Notes: a model not told the origin generated them from the sequence alone. DNA of 64,000 nucleotides from Gemmatimonadota bacterium (GCA_039591655.1 JBDHDE010000016.1:17769-81768), one strand, 5' to 3'; shown: positions 20,701-31,025, numbered from the stretch's first letter. Numbers and translations are program-made.

Positions 20701-23043
20701 GTGATCGCACCACCCGCCCGGGCCATCATTCGGTTCCGGTTCCTCATCATCCTCTTCTGGATCGTGGTGGCCGTCCTGGCTCTCCCACGCGCGGCGGCCG
20801 TCCACGAAGTGCTAGAGGTCGAGGGCGAGACCGTGCTGGGCTCCGACTCCAGGGTGGCGGCCGACCTCATCCGCGAGGCGTTCCCGCGTCCCATCGGCGA
20901 GTACTTCGCCGTCACGCTCACCGGCCCGGTCCCCATCGACAGCGCGCCATATGCCGCGTTGCTGGACTCCCTGACGCGGACCGCCGACGCCGAGCCGTAC
21001 ATCAGTCGGGTGATGTCCTACCTCACTTCGCCGCGCGAAGAGGAGTTCCTGGTCAGTCCCGACCGGCACACCACGTTCTTCATCGCGGCAGCGAGCCCGA
21101 GCACCAACGGCAGCGCCACGGATTTCGTCCCGCCCTTCCGCGAAGCGATCCACGGAACGGTCGAGCGCATTCCCTGGGCGTCCGCCTACCGGGTCCACGT
21201 CACCGGCGGCCCGGGCCTCGACTACGACATTCGCACGGTGAGCAAGGAGGATACGGAGCGCGGGGAGCGGAAGGCGCTGCCCATCAGCGCCGCGATCCTC
21301 GTTCTGGCGTTCGGCGCGTTGGTGGCCGCCTTTCTCCCACTGGTGGTCGGCGTCTTCGCCATCGAGTGCGCGCTCGCTCTGGTGCACTTCGCGGCCGGCT
21401 TCTATCCCATGTCGGTCTTCGTGCTCACCATCGTCTCGATGGTTGGGCTCGGTGTGGGCATCGACTACTCGCTGCTCATCGTCACCCGCTTCCGGGAGGA
21501 GCTGAACCGTGGCCGCGGCGCCCGGGAGGCGGCCGAGCGTGCCACTGCCACGGCGGGACGCGCGGTCGTCACCAGCGGCCTCACCGTGTTGTTGGGCTTC
21601 GCGGGCCTGTTGATTACGCCGATCTCGGAGACGCGGTCCATCGGGCTGGGCGGGCTCTTCGTCGTGGCCGCAGCGGTGCTGCTCTCGGTGACGCTGCTGC
21701 CCGCGGTCCTGTCCATCATCGGGCGGGGTATCGACCGGCCCCGGTGGATCGCCAAGCGGCTCGCGTGGTACCACGCACCGACGGGATGGGAGCGCTGGGC
21801 CCGCTGGCTGGGCCACCACCCCTGGCGCGCCCTGGTCATCGGCGGGGTGGCGGTCGCCGCCATCACCTGGCCGCTCGCCAAAATCAAGATCGGACTGCCG
21901 CGCTCCGGCTGGTTCCCCGCGGAAACCGAGTCCAGTGAGGGAGTGGCGGCCCTCGAGGGGATCGGCGCGCGAGGCGCGCTCCAGCCGGTGCGTGTGGTGC
22001 TCCAGGCCCCGGAAGGGCAGAACGTCCTCAGCACCCGCTACCTCCGGGGCCTCAAGCGGCTGTCGGACACGCTCCGCGCCGACCCGCGGGTGGACCAGCT
22101 TCGGGGCCCGGTGGACATCGAGCCGGGCATGTCCATCCTGCGCTACACGATGCTGTACAGCAACATGGAGCGGGCCAGGGAGCGCTCGCCCGAGTTCTAC
22201 TCCGCCTATCTCTCCGAGGACAACCGCACCACCCTCATGGATGTGCTGCTGTCGGATACCACGTCCCTGACGAGCTCCATGGACGTAGTGCGGGACATCC
22301 GTGCCATCATCGACGGCGGCGTGCGCGGGCTCGACTCCGTGACGGTCTACGTCGGCGGCTTCCAAGCGGGGAGCGTTGATCTCCAGGATCGACTGCTGGA
22401 GCGGTTTCCGACGATCATCGCCTTCGTGCTCATCGCCACAGCCGTGATGATGTTCATCGCGTTCCAGTCCATTCTCGTGCCCATCAAGGCCGTGATCATG
22501 AACTGCCTCTCGGTGGCGGGGGCCTTCGGGCTGACGGTGCTGGTGTTCCAGTACGGCGTGGGATCCAGCATCTTCGGCCTCGAGGAGGCCACGGAGGCCG
22601 TATACGTCGTGGTGCCGGTGGTGGTGTTTGCGGTTGTGTTCGGCCTCTCCATGGACTACGAGGTCTTCCTGCTCTCGCGCATCAAGGAGGCGTTCGATCG
22701 TACGGGGCGCAACGATCAGGCGACGATGGAGGGCCTCACGGCGACGGCATCGGTGATCACCAGCGCGGCCGCCATCATGATCATCGTGTTCGGCACATTC
22801 GCCTTCTCGCGGGTGCTGCCGGCGCAGCTCCTTGGGTTCGGCCTCGCCGCGGCGGTCCTGCTGGACGCAACCCTGATCCGCATGGTGCTGGTCCCAGCCA
22901 TCATGCACATCGCGGGGAGCTGGAACTGGTGGCCCGGTGTGCGGAAGGCAACGAGCGCCCGCGTGCGGGAGGCTGCTAGCGAGGCGGCGGTGGAACCCGA
23001 GGGCCAGCCAACTGCAACGCCCGCGCCAGACGCGCACCCCTGA
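20701..23043 (+). CDS. MMPL/RND family transporter
   Basis: GLGVGIDYSLLIVTRFREE and GLSMDYEVFLLSRIKE; two TM bundles; start uncertain (20668 or 20701). Confidence 0.9.
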   Translation: MIAPPARAIIRFRFLIILFWIVVAVLALPRAAAVHEVLEVEGETVLGSDSRVAADLIREAFPRPIGEYFAVTLTGPVPIDSAPYAALLDSLTRTADAEPYISRVMSYLTSPREEEFLVSPDRHTTFFIAAASPSTNGSATDFVPPFREAIHGTVERIPWASAYRVHVTGGPGLDYDIRTVSKEDTERGERKALPISAAILVLAFGALVAAFLPLVVGVFAIECALALVHFAAGFYPMSVFVLTIVSMVGLGVGIDYSLLIVTRFREELNRGRGAREAAERATATAGRAVVTSGLTVLLGFAGLLITPISETRSIGLGGLFVVAAAVLLSVTLLPAVLSIIGRGIDRPRWIAKRLAWYHAPTGWERWARWLGHHPWRALVIGGVAVAAITWPLAKIKIGLPRSGWFPAETESSEGVAALEGIGARGALQPVRVVLQAPEGQNVLSTRYLRGLKRLSDTLRADPRVDQLRGPVDIEPGMSILRYTMLYSNMERARERSPEFYSAYLSEDNRTTLMDVLLSDTTSLTSSMDVVRDIRAIIDGGVRGLDSVTVYVGGFQAGSVDLQDRLLERFPTIIAFVLIATAVMMFIAFQSILVPIKAVIMNCLSVAGAFGLTVLVFQYGVGSSIFGLEEATEAVYVVVPVVVFAVVFGLSMDYEVFLLSRIKEAFDRTGRNDQATMEGLTATASVITSAAAIMIIVFGTFAFSRVLPAQLLGFGLAAAVLLDATLIRMVLVPAIMHIAGSWNWWPGVRKATSARVREAASEAAVEPEGQPTATPAPDAHP

Positions 23044-23242
23044 GATCCCAGTGCCAGGCTGCTACGCGCTCGCCGGTTCGGGGGTGCTTCAAGGGCCGAT
23101 ACTGCAGCCACTCATCCCGCAGGCCTAGGCGGCGTCCTGCCCGCAACAAGGCCTCCCGATCCGACGAGACGAGGTGCGCCCACCGTTCACCCCGCAGCTG
23201 GAAGGGGTGAAGCCAGAGCCCGCCATCGAGGGCGTGGGCCAC
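22976..23242 (-). CDS. DUF4031-like small protein (start uncertain)
   Basis: RGERWAHLVSSD...LGLRDEWLQ...HWDL resembles DUF4031 pattern; follows pilin-like gene. Confidence 0.5.
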   Translation of the reverse strand: MAHALDGGLWLHPFQLRGERWAHLVSSDREALLRAGRRLGLRDEWLQYRPLKHPRTGERVAAWHWDLRGARLARALQLAGPRVPPPPR

Positions 23243-23279
23243 ACCCTGACGCCATAGAGCGAACTCCCGCCAGGTGCCC

Positions 23280-23645
23280 TCAGTCGCAGCGAAGGTTCCG
23301 GTCCTCCGTCGCCGCACCGACGGCAGCGGCTGCACCAGTGAAGACGTAGCAGCGAATCAGAGTGCTGGCGTGCTGCGCGGTCGCGGCCCATCCCGAGGCC
23401 GTGGCCTCGTTCACCCTGAGAATCACCCCGTCACTGGTTTCGAAACCGCGCGAGCGCAGAGTGTCCAGGTCGGCCGTATAGACCCTGTGATCGTAGAAAT
23501 ACGATGCCTGCGCGAGCCCCAGGTTCCGCAGGTCATCTCTCATCGCGGAGACGTAGGCCCGCTCTCGCGCGCCGCGGAACCACGGGATCAGCAGCGCAAC
23601 CACCAGGCCCACGATCACGATGACCATCACCACTCGGAGCTTCAT
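23280..23645 (-). CDS. Type IV pilin-like protein lacking prepilin cleavage motif
   Basis: Hydrophobic helix + IP.F...RERAYVSAMRDDLRNL..AQ.SYF, C-terminal Cys pair; ATGA overlap with polA. Confidence 0.7.
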   Translation of the reverse strand: MKLRVVMVIVIVGLVVALLIPWFRGARERAYVSAMRDDLRNLGLAQASYFYDHRVYTADLDTLRSRGFETSDGVILRVNEATASGWAATAQHASTLIRCYVFTGAAAAVGAATEDRNLRCD

Positions 23646-26395
23646 GCCTTCGCATCCAACCAGTTGGGGCCCACACCGATGTCGACGAGCAGGGGAACGC
23701 TGAGCTCCGCCGCGCTCTCCATCCCGCCACGCACGATGTCTCTCGCTCGGTCGACTTCCGCCAGCGGCGCCTCCACGATCAGCTCGTCATGGACCTGAAG
23801 CACGATCGCGCTCTTCAGCCCTGCCTGCGGCAGCGTCGCGCTGAGATTGATCATCGCCAGCTTGATGAGGTCAGCCGCCGAACCCTGAAGCGGTGAATTC
23901 ATTGCCACCCGCTCTCCGAAGGCGCGCACGCTGTAGGTGCGATCCTTCAGCTCCGGAACATAGCGCCGCCGGCCGAACAGAGTTTCCACGTACCCCTGCT
24001 TCTTCGCCCGCGTCACACAGTCGTCGAGAAACCCACGTACGCCCGCGAAGCGTTCGAAGTACAGCTGGATGAACTCCCGCGCCTCCTCTTGCGAGATCCC
24101 GAGCTGGCGGCTCAACGCGAACGGGCCCTGTCCGTAGATCGTAGCGAAGTTGATCGTCTTGGCCCTCGCCCGCATCTCGGGCGTCACCTCGCCGGGCGAC
24201 ACCCCGAAGATGATCGCGGCCGTCTCTTCATGGATATCCCCGCCGCGCGCGAAGGCATCGATGAACGCGGGATCCTGCGAGAGATGCGCCAACAGCCGCA
24301 GCTCGACCTGGGAGTAGTCCGCCACGATGAACACCGCTCCCGGACCTGGCACGAAGCAACGGCGGATCCGCTCCCCTCGAGGGGTGCGCACGGGGATGTT
24401 CTGCAGGTTGGGATCGGCCGAGGCGAGCCGTCCGGTGGACGCCGCCGTCTGGCTGAAGCTGGTGTGAATCCGTCCGGTCGCTGGATTGACGGCTTGGGGC
24501 AGCACGTCCACGTAGGTCGAGCGCAGCTTGCTGAGCTCCCGGTAGTCGAGGAGGAGACCCGGAAGCTCGAAGCCTGTCGCAGCCAGTTCCGCCAGCACGT
24601 CGGCATCGGTGGACGGACCGGTCTTGGTCTTCTTGAGCACCGGCAGGTTGAGCTTCTCGAACAGTACGTGTCGAAGCTGCGGTGTCGAGTTGATATTGAA
24701 CTCGGTGCCGGCCGCACTGTGAATCGCCTGCTCCAGCTCCTGCAGCTCGGCGCCGAACTCCCGTGAGAGGGCGGCCAGCCCTGCGGTGTCCACGGCGATG
24801 CCGCGCCACTCCATGTCCACCAGTACGCCGACCAGTGGGAGCTCGATGTCCTCCAGCAGGGCTTCCATCTTCACGCCCGCAAGCTGGGGGCGGAAGAAGT
24901 CGCGGAGGCGGAGCACCGTATCGCTGTCGCCGCAGCAGTAGTCGGCAGCCTTGTCGGGCGGGACCTCGGCGAAGGGGCGCTCCGCCTTGCCCTTCCCCAC
25001 GAGCGCCGAGTACTTGGTGAGCTCCAGGCCCAGGTGCTCCCGGGCAAGCACATCGAGGCCGTGGGAGCGGCGCCCCGGATCCAGCACGAAGCTCGCGAGC
25101 ATCGAGTCGTACGCCGCCCCTGCGAGCTCGACGCCGGCTCGCCGCAGCACCAGCCAATCGTACTTGATGTTGTGACCGGCCTTGGGCACCCGGGAATCCT
25201 GCAGCAAGTCCACCAGCGGCCGCATCTGCGAATCGGCGAGTTGGGGGAGGTTCTCGGGCGGGGCGGCGTCGGTGAGCTCGCCGTCGGGCAGCCGGTGGCT
25301 GAGGGACAGGTACCACGCGCGTCCCTCACCGGCTGCCAGCGAGAGCCCCACTAAATCCGCCCGCAGCGGATCCAGATTCGTGGTCTCGGTGTCGATGGCC
25401 ACCATGCCGCTCTCCCGGCAGGCAGCCACGATCTCTTCCAGGTCCGCTGGGTCGGTCACCAGCCGGAAGGAGGTCTCCTCAGCCTGCGGCGCCTCGTGGG
25501 TTTCGAGCGTCCTGAGCAGCGCGTGGAACTCCAGCTCTCCGTACAGCCCCCTGAGCGCGTCCAGATCCCACGACGCTGCCTGAAGCTCTGCGAGATCGAG
25601 CTCCACGGGAACGTCCCGGCGGATGGTGACCAGCTCCCGGCTCAACCGCGCATTGTCCGCTTCGGCAGCGAGGGCCTCGCGCACCCGCTTCGCCTTCACG
25701 TCTCCGGCGTGCGCCAGAATCGCCTCCAGGTCACCGTACTCCTCGATCAACTTGCGCGCCGTCTTGTCGCCCACACCATGCACGCCAGGGACGTTGTCGG
25801 AGGAGTCGCCTACCAGCGCCAGATAGTCCACGACCCGTTCCGGCGGCACGCCCAGTCGCTCGTGTGCGTTGGCGAGGGTCACCCACTGCTCCTGGATGGC
25901 GGAGGGCCCACGTCGGCCCGGGTTGAGCAGCGTCACCCCGGGACCGATCAGCTGGTAGAAATCCTTGTCCCCTGAGACGATGGCGACCGCGACCCCTTGC
26001 GCCGCGGCCTGGTCCGCGAGCGTCCCGATGACGTCGTCGGCCTCGTAGCCCTCCACGGCGACCAACGGGACCGCCATGGCCTCTAACAGCTCCTCGATGC
26101 GCTCCACGGACCGATCGAAGTCCTCCTGCAGCTCGTCGTCGAGCTTCTCTCTCGTGGCCTTGTACTCGGGATAGACGTCCTCGCGAAACGAGCTCCCGGC
26201 GTCGTGCACCCAGGCGAGGAACTCCGGCTCGTACTCGGCGAACAGGCGGTGGACGAAGTTCGCGACCCCCCAAACGGCCGACGTATTCTCGCCACGCCCG
26301 GTGCGGAGCGGGCGGCCGATCATCGCGAAGAACGCCCGGTAGATGAGGGCGTAGCCGTCGATCAGGAAGAGGCGGGGCTCGTGCTGGGCCGGCAT
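23642..26395 (-). CDS. polA: DNA polymerase I
   Basis: LIDGYALIYRAF, EADDVIGTL, DTETT, DYSQVELR, KTINFATIYG, QVHDEL. Confidence 0.98.
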   Translation of the reverse strand: MPAQHEPRLFLIDGYALIYRAFFAMIGRPLRTGRGENTSAVWGVANFVHRLFAEYEPEFLAWVHDAGSSFREDVYPEYKATREKLDDELQEDFDRSVERIEELLEAMAVPLVAVEGYEADDVIGTLADQAAAQGVAVAIVSGDKDFYQLIGPGVTLLNPGRRGPSAIQEQWVTLANAHERLGVPPERVVDYLALVGDSSDNVPGVHGVGDKTARKLIEEYGDLEAILAHAGDVKAKRVREALAAEADNARLSRELVTIRRDVPVELDLAELQAASWDLDALRGLYGELEFHALLRTLETHEAPQAEETSFRLVTDPADLEEIVAACRESGMVAIDTETTNLDPLRADLVGLSLAAGEGRAWYLSLSHRLPDGELTDAAPPENLPQLADSQMRPLVDLLQDSRVPKAGHNIKYDWLVLRRAGVELAGAAYDSMLASFVLDPGRRSHGLDVLAREHLGLELTKYSALVGKGKAERPFAEVPPDKAADYCCGDSDTVLRLRDFFRPQLAGVKMEALLEDIELPLVGVLVDMEWRGIAVDTAGLAALSREFGAELQELEQAIHSAAGTEFNINSTPQLRHVLFEKLNLPVLKKTKTGPSTDADVLAELAATGFELPGLLLDYRELSKLRSTYVDVLPQAVNPATGRIHTSFSQTAASTGRLASADPNLQNIPVRTPRGERIRRCFVPGPGAVFIVADYSQVELRLLAHLSQDPAFIDAFARGGDIHEETAAIIFGVSPGEVTPEMRARAKTINFATIYGQGPFALSRQLGISQEEAREFIQLYFERFAGVRGFLDDCVTRAKKQGYVETLFGRRRYVPELKDRTYSVRAFGERVAMNSPLQGSAADLIKLAMINLSATLPQAGLKSAIVLQVHDELIVEAPLAEVDRARDIVRGGMESAAELSVPLLVDIGVGPNWLDAKA

Positions 26396-26431
26396 GCCGA
26401 AAAGAAGATAGGCCGAAAGGAGCCGCGCCGC

Positions 26432-28627
26432 CTATGGCGGATAGAGCGCCCTGTAGAGCTCCCGGTTGCGCAACACCGCACGCACGTAGTCCCGCGTCTC
26501 CAGGTAGGGAATCCGCTCCACCCAGCGGAAGGGATCGCGCGCCTCTGGGTAGCGCAGCCACCGTGCCACGGGACGGGCGCCGGCGTTGTAGGCCGCTAGG
26601 GCGGGGGCAAGCCGGTCATAGGTGTCGAGCAGGGACGAGAGGTGGGCCGAGCCGAGATGGAGGTTTGCGTCAGCAACCGCCAACAGCGACTCGTCCCACT
26701 CCACACCGAGGCGCCGGGCGATCCACGTGGCCGTCGTCGGCATGAGTTGCATCAGACCGCGGGCGCCGGCACGGGACGTAGCATCGGGCACGAACGTGGA
26801 CTCCTGCCGGATGAGTGCGGCCAGCAGATAGGGATCGAGGCCGTACTCCAGGGCTTCCGCCTCGATCAGCTCGCGCATCGGCCAGGGAAAGACCGCGCGT
26901 ACCACGTGCGGGTCACTGAGGGTGAGGCTGCCGGCGGCGCGCCAGCCCAGACGTACTCCCTGAGACAGCCAACCCCGGTCGATCAGGCCCGCTGCCAGGT
27001 CCACCAACTCCACGGGTGGCAGCCGTGCCCGCTCGAGCTGGTAGGCCACCAACGCCTCGGCTTCCTCCGTGAACGTCGCGGCGCGCAGCAGGTCCAGTTG
27101 CTCGAGGGTGCGTTGCACCCTCGCCGCCACCTCCCGCTCCTCGGGTGGCGCGAAGACGGGGGCGGGCAGGCCCGCTGCCTGCCGCGCCCTCATGCCGTAG
27201 TAGCCCAGAGAATCCCGCCGCGCGAGCTCCTCCCAGCCCGCCCGTGCGGCAGCACTGTCGCCCCGGGCCACGTCCAGCCGCGCCAAAAGGTATGCTGCCG
27301 CACCCCATTGGTGGCCCTCCACGGCGACCTCTTCCCCATACCACTGGGCGGCCAGCGTCGTGTCCCTGCGGGCCAATGCGCGGGCGGCGAGGGTGAGGCG
27401 GGAGCGGCCGGCGTACTCGTCTTGGGGCCACCGCACAGCCACGGACCGGTATAGGCTGTCGGCCACCACACTGCGACTGGCCCGGCGCTCGCGCTCTGCC
27501 ACGAGGTACAGGGCTCGCGGCGCCATGTAATGATCGGCGTGTTGCTCGGCAAACTCGGCCAGGGCTCGGTACCCCTCGGCGGCGCGACCGATGCTAGGAA
27601 GCAGCCGCGCACGGCGATACGCGGCCACCGCGCCGTGATCTCCGCCGAGGGCGGCCGACTCCTCGTACACCCTCACGGCGGCGCGGAAGCGACCCGCATC
27701 CCGCTCCAGATCGCCCAGCACCCGAAGGGCGTAGGCGGTGCTGTAGCCACTCTCTACCGCGGCCCTCAGGAGATCGAGCGCAGCGGAGCTTTGCCCCGAG
27801 CGCACGTAGGCCCTGACGAGCACGATGCGCTCCTCGTCGCTCCGCGGCGCCATCCCACCGGCCGCCAGCGCGATACCCTCGCGAACCACGGCCCTGTCGC
27901 GGGCCGCCAGGGCGCGATACACCAGCTCCCGTGCACTGGCGCTGTCCCCCACACCCAAGGCCAGCCGGGCCGCCCATGGGGCCAGCTCGGGCCTGGTGAG
28001 TGCCGCCACCGCAGCGGCGCTGTCGCCGGCCGCCAGCAAGATCTCGGCGCGCGCCTGCTCGACGAATCGCTCGGCTCCCAGGGGTGCCCGCCGCAGCACG
28101 GCGAGCGCCCGCGATGCATCGGCGGTCACGCGGGCCCAGCGAATCGCTAACCAGGAGGAGATCTGCGGAAGCTCGGTGGCCGCTACCTCGTAGGGAGCCA
28201 GGGCTGCGTAGCGATCCCCCGCGCGCTCGAAGGCGTCGCCGGCCCGGGCGTAGAGCACTCCGCGGCGCACACCTGCGGCCTGCGCTGCGGCCTGGAGGAA
28301 GAGGGTCCCCGCCGTTTCGTAGTCGCCGGACTCGTGGGCAGCAGCCGCGATCAGTTGCAGGAACGGAGGCCTGAGGGTATCGGCGGCATACGCCGCCACC
28401 AGCCGGCGCGCCTCTGCAGAGCGACCGAGGGCCAACTCCGCCCGGGCCAGGGCCAAGATCTCCACCAGCGTGGCTGAGCCCTCGGCTGCCACAGGCCTGA
28501 GGGTGCGCGCCGTGTGCCACGCGCCGGGGGAGACCGTCCCCGGCACCGGTTCGCTCTGCGGGTGCGCGCTGCCGGGCGAGGCGAGCGCAACGACGACGAG
28601 CGGGAGAAGCCGCCGACGCAGGGTCAG
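26432..28627 (-). CDS. slt: Soluble lytic transglycosylase with TPR-like N-domain (likely CTG start)
   Basis: RQES, GARGLMQLMP, AYNAG, IPYLETRDYV; in-frame signal peptide upstream of called start 28546. Confidence 0.85.
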   Translation of the reverse strand: MTLRRRLLPLVVVALASPGSAHPQSEPVPGTVSPGAWHTARTLRPVAAEGSATLVEILALARAELALGRSAEARRLVAAYAADTLRPPFLQLIAAAAHESGDYETAGTLFLQAAAQAAGVRRGVLYARAGDAFERAGDRYAALAPYEVAATELPQISSWLAIRWARVTADASRALAVLRRAPLGAERFVEQARAEILLAAGDSAAAVAALTRPELAPWAARLALGVGDSASARELVYRALAARDRAVVREGIALAAGGMAPRSDEERIVLVRAYVRSGQSSAALDLLRAAVESGYSTAYALRVLGDLERDAGRFRAAVRVYEESAALGGDHGAVAAYRRARLLPSIGRAAEGYRALAEFAEQHADHYMAPRALYLVAERERRASRSVVADSLYRSVAVRWPQDEYAGRSRLTLAARALARRDTTLAAQWYGEEVAVEGHQWGAAAYLLARLDVARGDSAAARAGWEELARRDSLGYYGMRARQAAGLPAPVFAPPEEREVAARVQRTLEQLDLLRAATFTEEAEALVAYQLERARLPPVELVDLAAGLIDRGWLSQGVRLGWRAAGSLTLSDPHVVRAVFPWPMRELIEAEALEYGLDPYLLAALIRQESTFVPDATSRAGARGLMQLMPTTATWIARRLGVEWDESLLAVADANLHLGSAHLSSLLDTYDRLAPALAAYNAGARPVARWLRYPEARDPFRWVERIPYLETRDYVRAVLRNRELYRALYPP

Positions 28628-30000
28628 CCACCCCGCTTGATGCGCTGTATCACCTCTTGGAAGGCGGCGCGAGAATCCGGCGTCAGCTCGTAGTGGCCGA
28701 ACCCGCTACGATCGTGGAAGATGACGGTCAACCGCTCGCCATTGTAAACCCACCGGATGTATCGCAGCCCCTCTCCCTGGACGTCGGTACTGGAGTCGAA
28801 CGTCTCGTCCGGTGAGCCGATGGAGACGTACACCTCTCCCCGGTCCGTGAGCCACCCCTGCTGGCTGCCTTCGCGATACAGGTCGTTGGCGACCTGGAGG
28901 CGGCGGAAGTATGCCTCCATCGCTTCGTGCTCCGGCGTGAGCGGGTCCGGATCACTGGCCTGCCAGAACGCCTGCCACAGCGCGGCCCGCTCTTGCACCG
29001 GCGCTTCCCCCAGGTCCTGGAGGATCTGGTCCGGCCCGAAGTAACGCAACAGGGACAGCGTCTCCTCGAAGTTCGCGACCACCCACTCCTTGGAGAAGCT
29101 CACCAGTACGTCGGCCCGGACCGGCACTCCATCGAGCAGCGCGGCCTCGAACTGTAGCTGACCCATGGGAAGTCGCCCGGGCGGCACCTTGATCAGGGCG
29201 GTCCGGATCACCCCGGTGGCGTGGAGCGGCAGTGTGTCGGTCCAGAGCTCCGTCACCGGCTGTTCCACCGACAGGGCCCGCAGGGTGAAGGACGCACCTT
29301 CCGCGACATTGTAGGCTTCGACGTAGAGCCCCAGGGTGTCGGTCCCGTATGGCACGGTAGCCCGAGGGTTGACCACCACATCGGGGACGAACCTGCGCAC
29401 CGGCCGGGCCTCCCCGGCGTAGATCGGGATGAGGTCGGAGAGGCGTCGCTCGCCGTCGTAGCGGGGCAGCTCCAGTGTGTCGCCCACCTGGCTATAGCCG
29501 GTCCCATGACGATCGCGCATGACGATCCTCACCTCGGCTTGGCCCGGCGGCAGGGTGAGGTATTGCTGGAAGATCACGCTTTCGTCACCGCCCTGGGTCT
29601 CCTCGAGCGTGGCCACCCGCACCACCTCGTCGACGGAGACGTCCCGCAGCGTCACCCCACCGCGACGGATCAACACCTCGACGCGGTAGCGGGCCTCGAA
29701 CACCTCCCCTGCGCGGCGAAACGTGAGGGCCCGGTTGGGCAGCGAAAGCCCCATGAGGACCAGCGTTGAGTCGGGGACGCTCCCGGCGAAGGAGTAGATC
29801 CCCGCGACAAACGGAACCGGATCGGGCGCCACTAGGAGCCCCATGCTGAGATAGGCGGCCGTCACGTCGAACAGCCGGGGCACGACGACGTTGGGGCTCG
29901 CCTCGGGCTCGCTCCCGACGCGCTGCCATCCGCCGCACGCCGCGAACCCGAAGACCAGCAGGATCGTTGCGACCCTCAACCACCGAATCGACTGGTACAT
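28624..30000 (-). CDS. GWxTD-domain lipoprotein
   Basis: Lipobox FAAC; FWQASDPDPLTPEHE...YFRRLQVAN...GWLTDRGEVYVSIGSPD. Confidence 0.88.
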   Translation of the reverse strand: MYQSIRWLRVATILLVFGFAACGGWQRVGSEPEASPNVVVPRLFDVTAAYLSMGLLVAPDPVPFVAGIYSFAGSVPDSTLVLMGLSLPNRALTFRRAGEVFEARYRVEVLIRRGGVTLRDVSVDEVVRVATLEETQGGDESVIFQQYLTLPPGQAEVRIVMRDRHGTGYSQVGDTLELPRYDGERRLSDLIPIYAGEARPVRRFVPDVVVNPRATVPYGTDTLGLYVEAYNVAEGASFTLRALSVEQPVTELWTDTLPLHATGVIRTALIKVPPGRLPMGQLQFEAALLDGVPVRADVLVSFSKEWVVANFEETLSLLRYFGPDQILQDLGEAPVQERAALWQAFWQASDPDPLTPEHEAMEAYFRRLQVANDLYREGSQQGWLTDRGEVYVSIGSPDETFDSSTDVQGEGLRYIRWVYNGERLTVIFHDRSGFGHYELTPDSRAAFQEVIQRIKRGG

Positions 30001-30065
30001 GGTGTTCCAGACCTCGATCGCTGACTTGCCGAAGCTCACGGTGGACGCTTACTTTCGCCCACCTC

Positions 30066-31001
30066 ATGCCGCACGAGAATCTCGCCGGCCGGACCATCGC
30101 GGGCTACCGCCTGCTCGAACGAGTAGGCGAAGGCGGCACCGCGACCGTGTATCGGGCGGATCATGCCGAGCACGGGCACTGCGCCATGAAAGTCCTTCGG
30201 GAACGCATGCGCAATGACCCCACCGCCGTCAAGCGGTTCCTTCGGGAAGCCGGATACGGCTCGCGGGTCGAGCACCACGCCGTGGTCCAGACCTACGACT
30301 ATGGGGAAGTCGACGGGCTCCACTACCTCGCTCTGGAATGGGCCGCCGGCGAGCCCCTGTCAACGTTCCTACACCGCTCGGGACGCCTGGCTCCGCCACT
30401 GGTGGCGCGCATCGTCACCCAGTTGGCCGGCGGTCTGACCGCGGCCCACGCGCAGGGGATCATTCACCGGGACCTCAAGCCGGAGAACATCGTCTACGAT
30501 CCGGAGTCTCGCAGCGTGAAGCTGCTGGACTTCGGGATTGCCCGCGATGCGCAGCTCGACGCGGCAGAGCGCCTCACCAGAACCGGATTCTTCGTGGGCA
30601 CGCTACACTATGTCGCCCCCGAGGCCTTGTCGGGCGAGCTGGTGGACGAGGCTGCCGACATCTACAGCGTCGCCACGATCACCTACTACTTGCTGACCGG
30701 GCAGCACCCGTACACCGGGCGCTCCCCTCGCGAACTGTTCCAACAGCTGCTGACCCAGCCTCCGACCGGACTCAACCAGGCGGTGCGAGGCCTCAGCTTC
30801 CCCAAGGAGCTCGAGCAGGCCGTGATGCGCGGCCTGAGCCGGGACCCTGCGGGGCGCCAGCGAAGCGTGCAACAGCTGGCAGCCGAACTCACCACCGGCT
30901 CGGAAGGGCTGGAATCGGAGCCCCATGCGGCGGGCGACGGGGGTGGGGGTTTCCTGGGGTCGATCAAGTCACTATTCAAGCGTGGCCGACCAGCAGGTTA
31001 G
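30066..31001 (+). CDS. Hanks-type Ser/Thr protein kinase (cytoplasmic)
   Basis: GEGGTATVY, AMK, HRDLKPEN, DFGIA, GTLHYVAPE, DIYS. Confidence 0.95.
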   Translation: MPHENLAGRTIAGYRLLERVGEGGTATVYRADHAEHGHCAMKVLRERMRNDPTAVKRFLREAGYGSRVEHHAVVQTYDYGEVDGLHYLALEWAAGEPLSTFLHRSGRLAPPLVARIVTQLAGGLTAAHAQGIIHRDLKPENIVYDPESRSVKLLDFGIARDAQLDAAERLTRTGFFVGTLHYVAPEALSGELVDEAADIYSVATITYYLLTGQHPYTGRSPRELFQQLLTQPPTGLNQAVRGLSFPKELEQAVMRGLSRDPAGRQRSVQQLAAELTTGSEGLESEPHAAGDGGGGFLGSIKSLFKRGRPAG

Positions 31002-31025
31002 TAGTTGTAGGAGCTACTACTAACC
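30996..31025. repeat. Perfect 10-bp inverted repeat of TAG/CTA triplets
   Basis: GGTTAGTAGT-tgtaggagct-ACTACTAACC. Confidence 0.8.
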
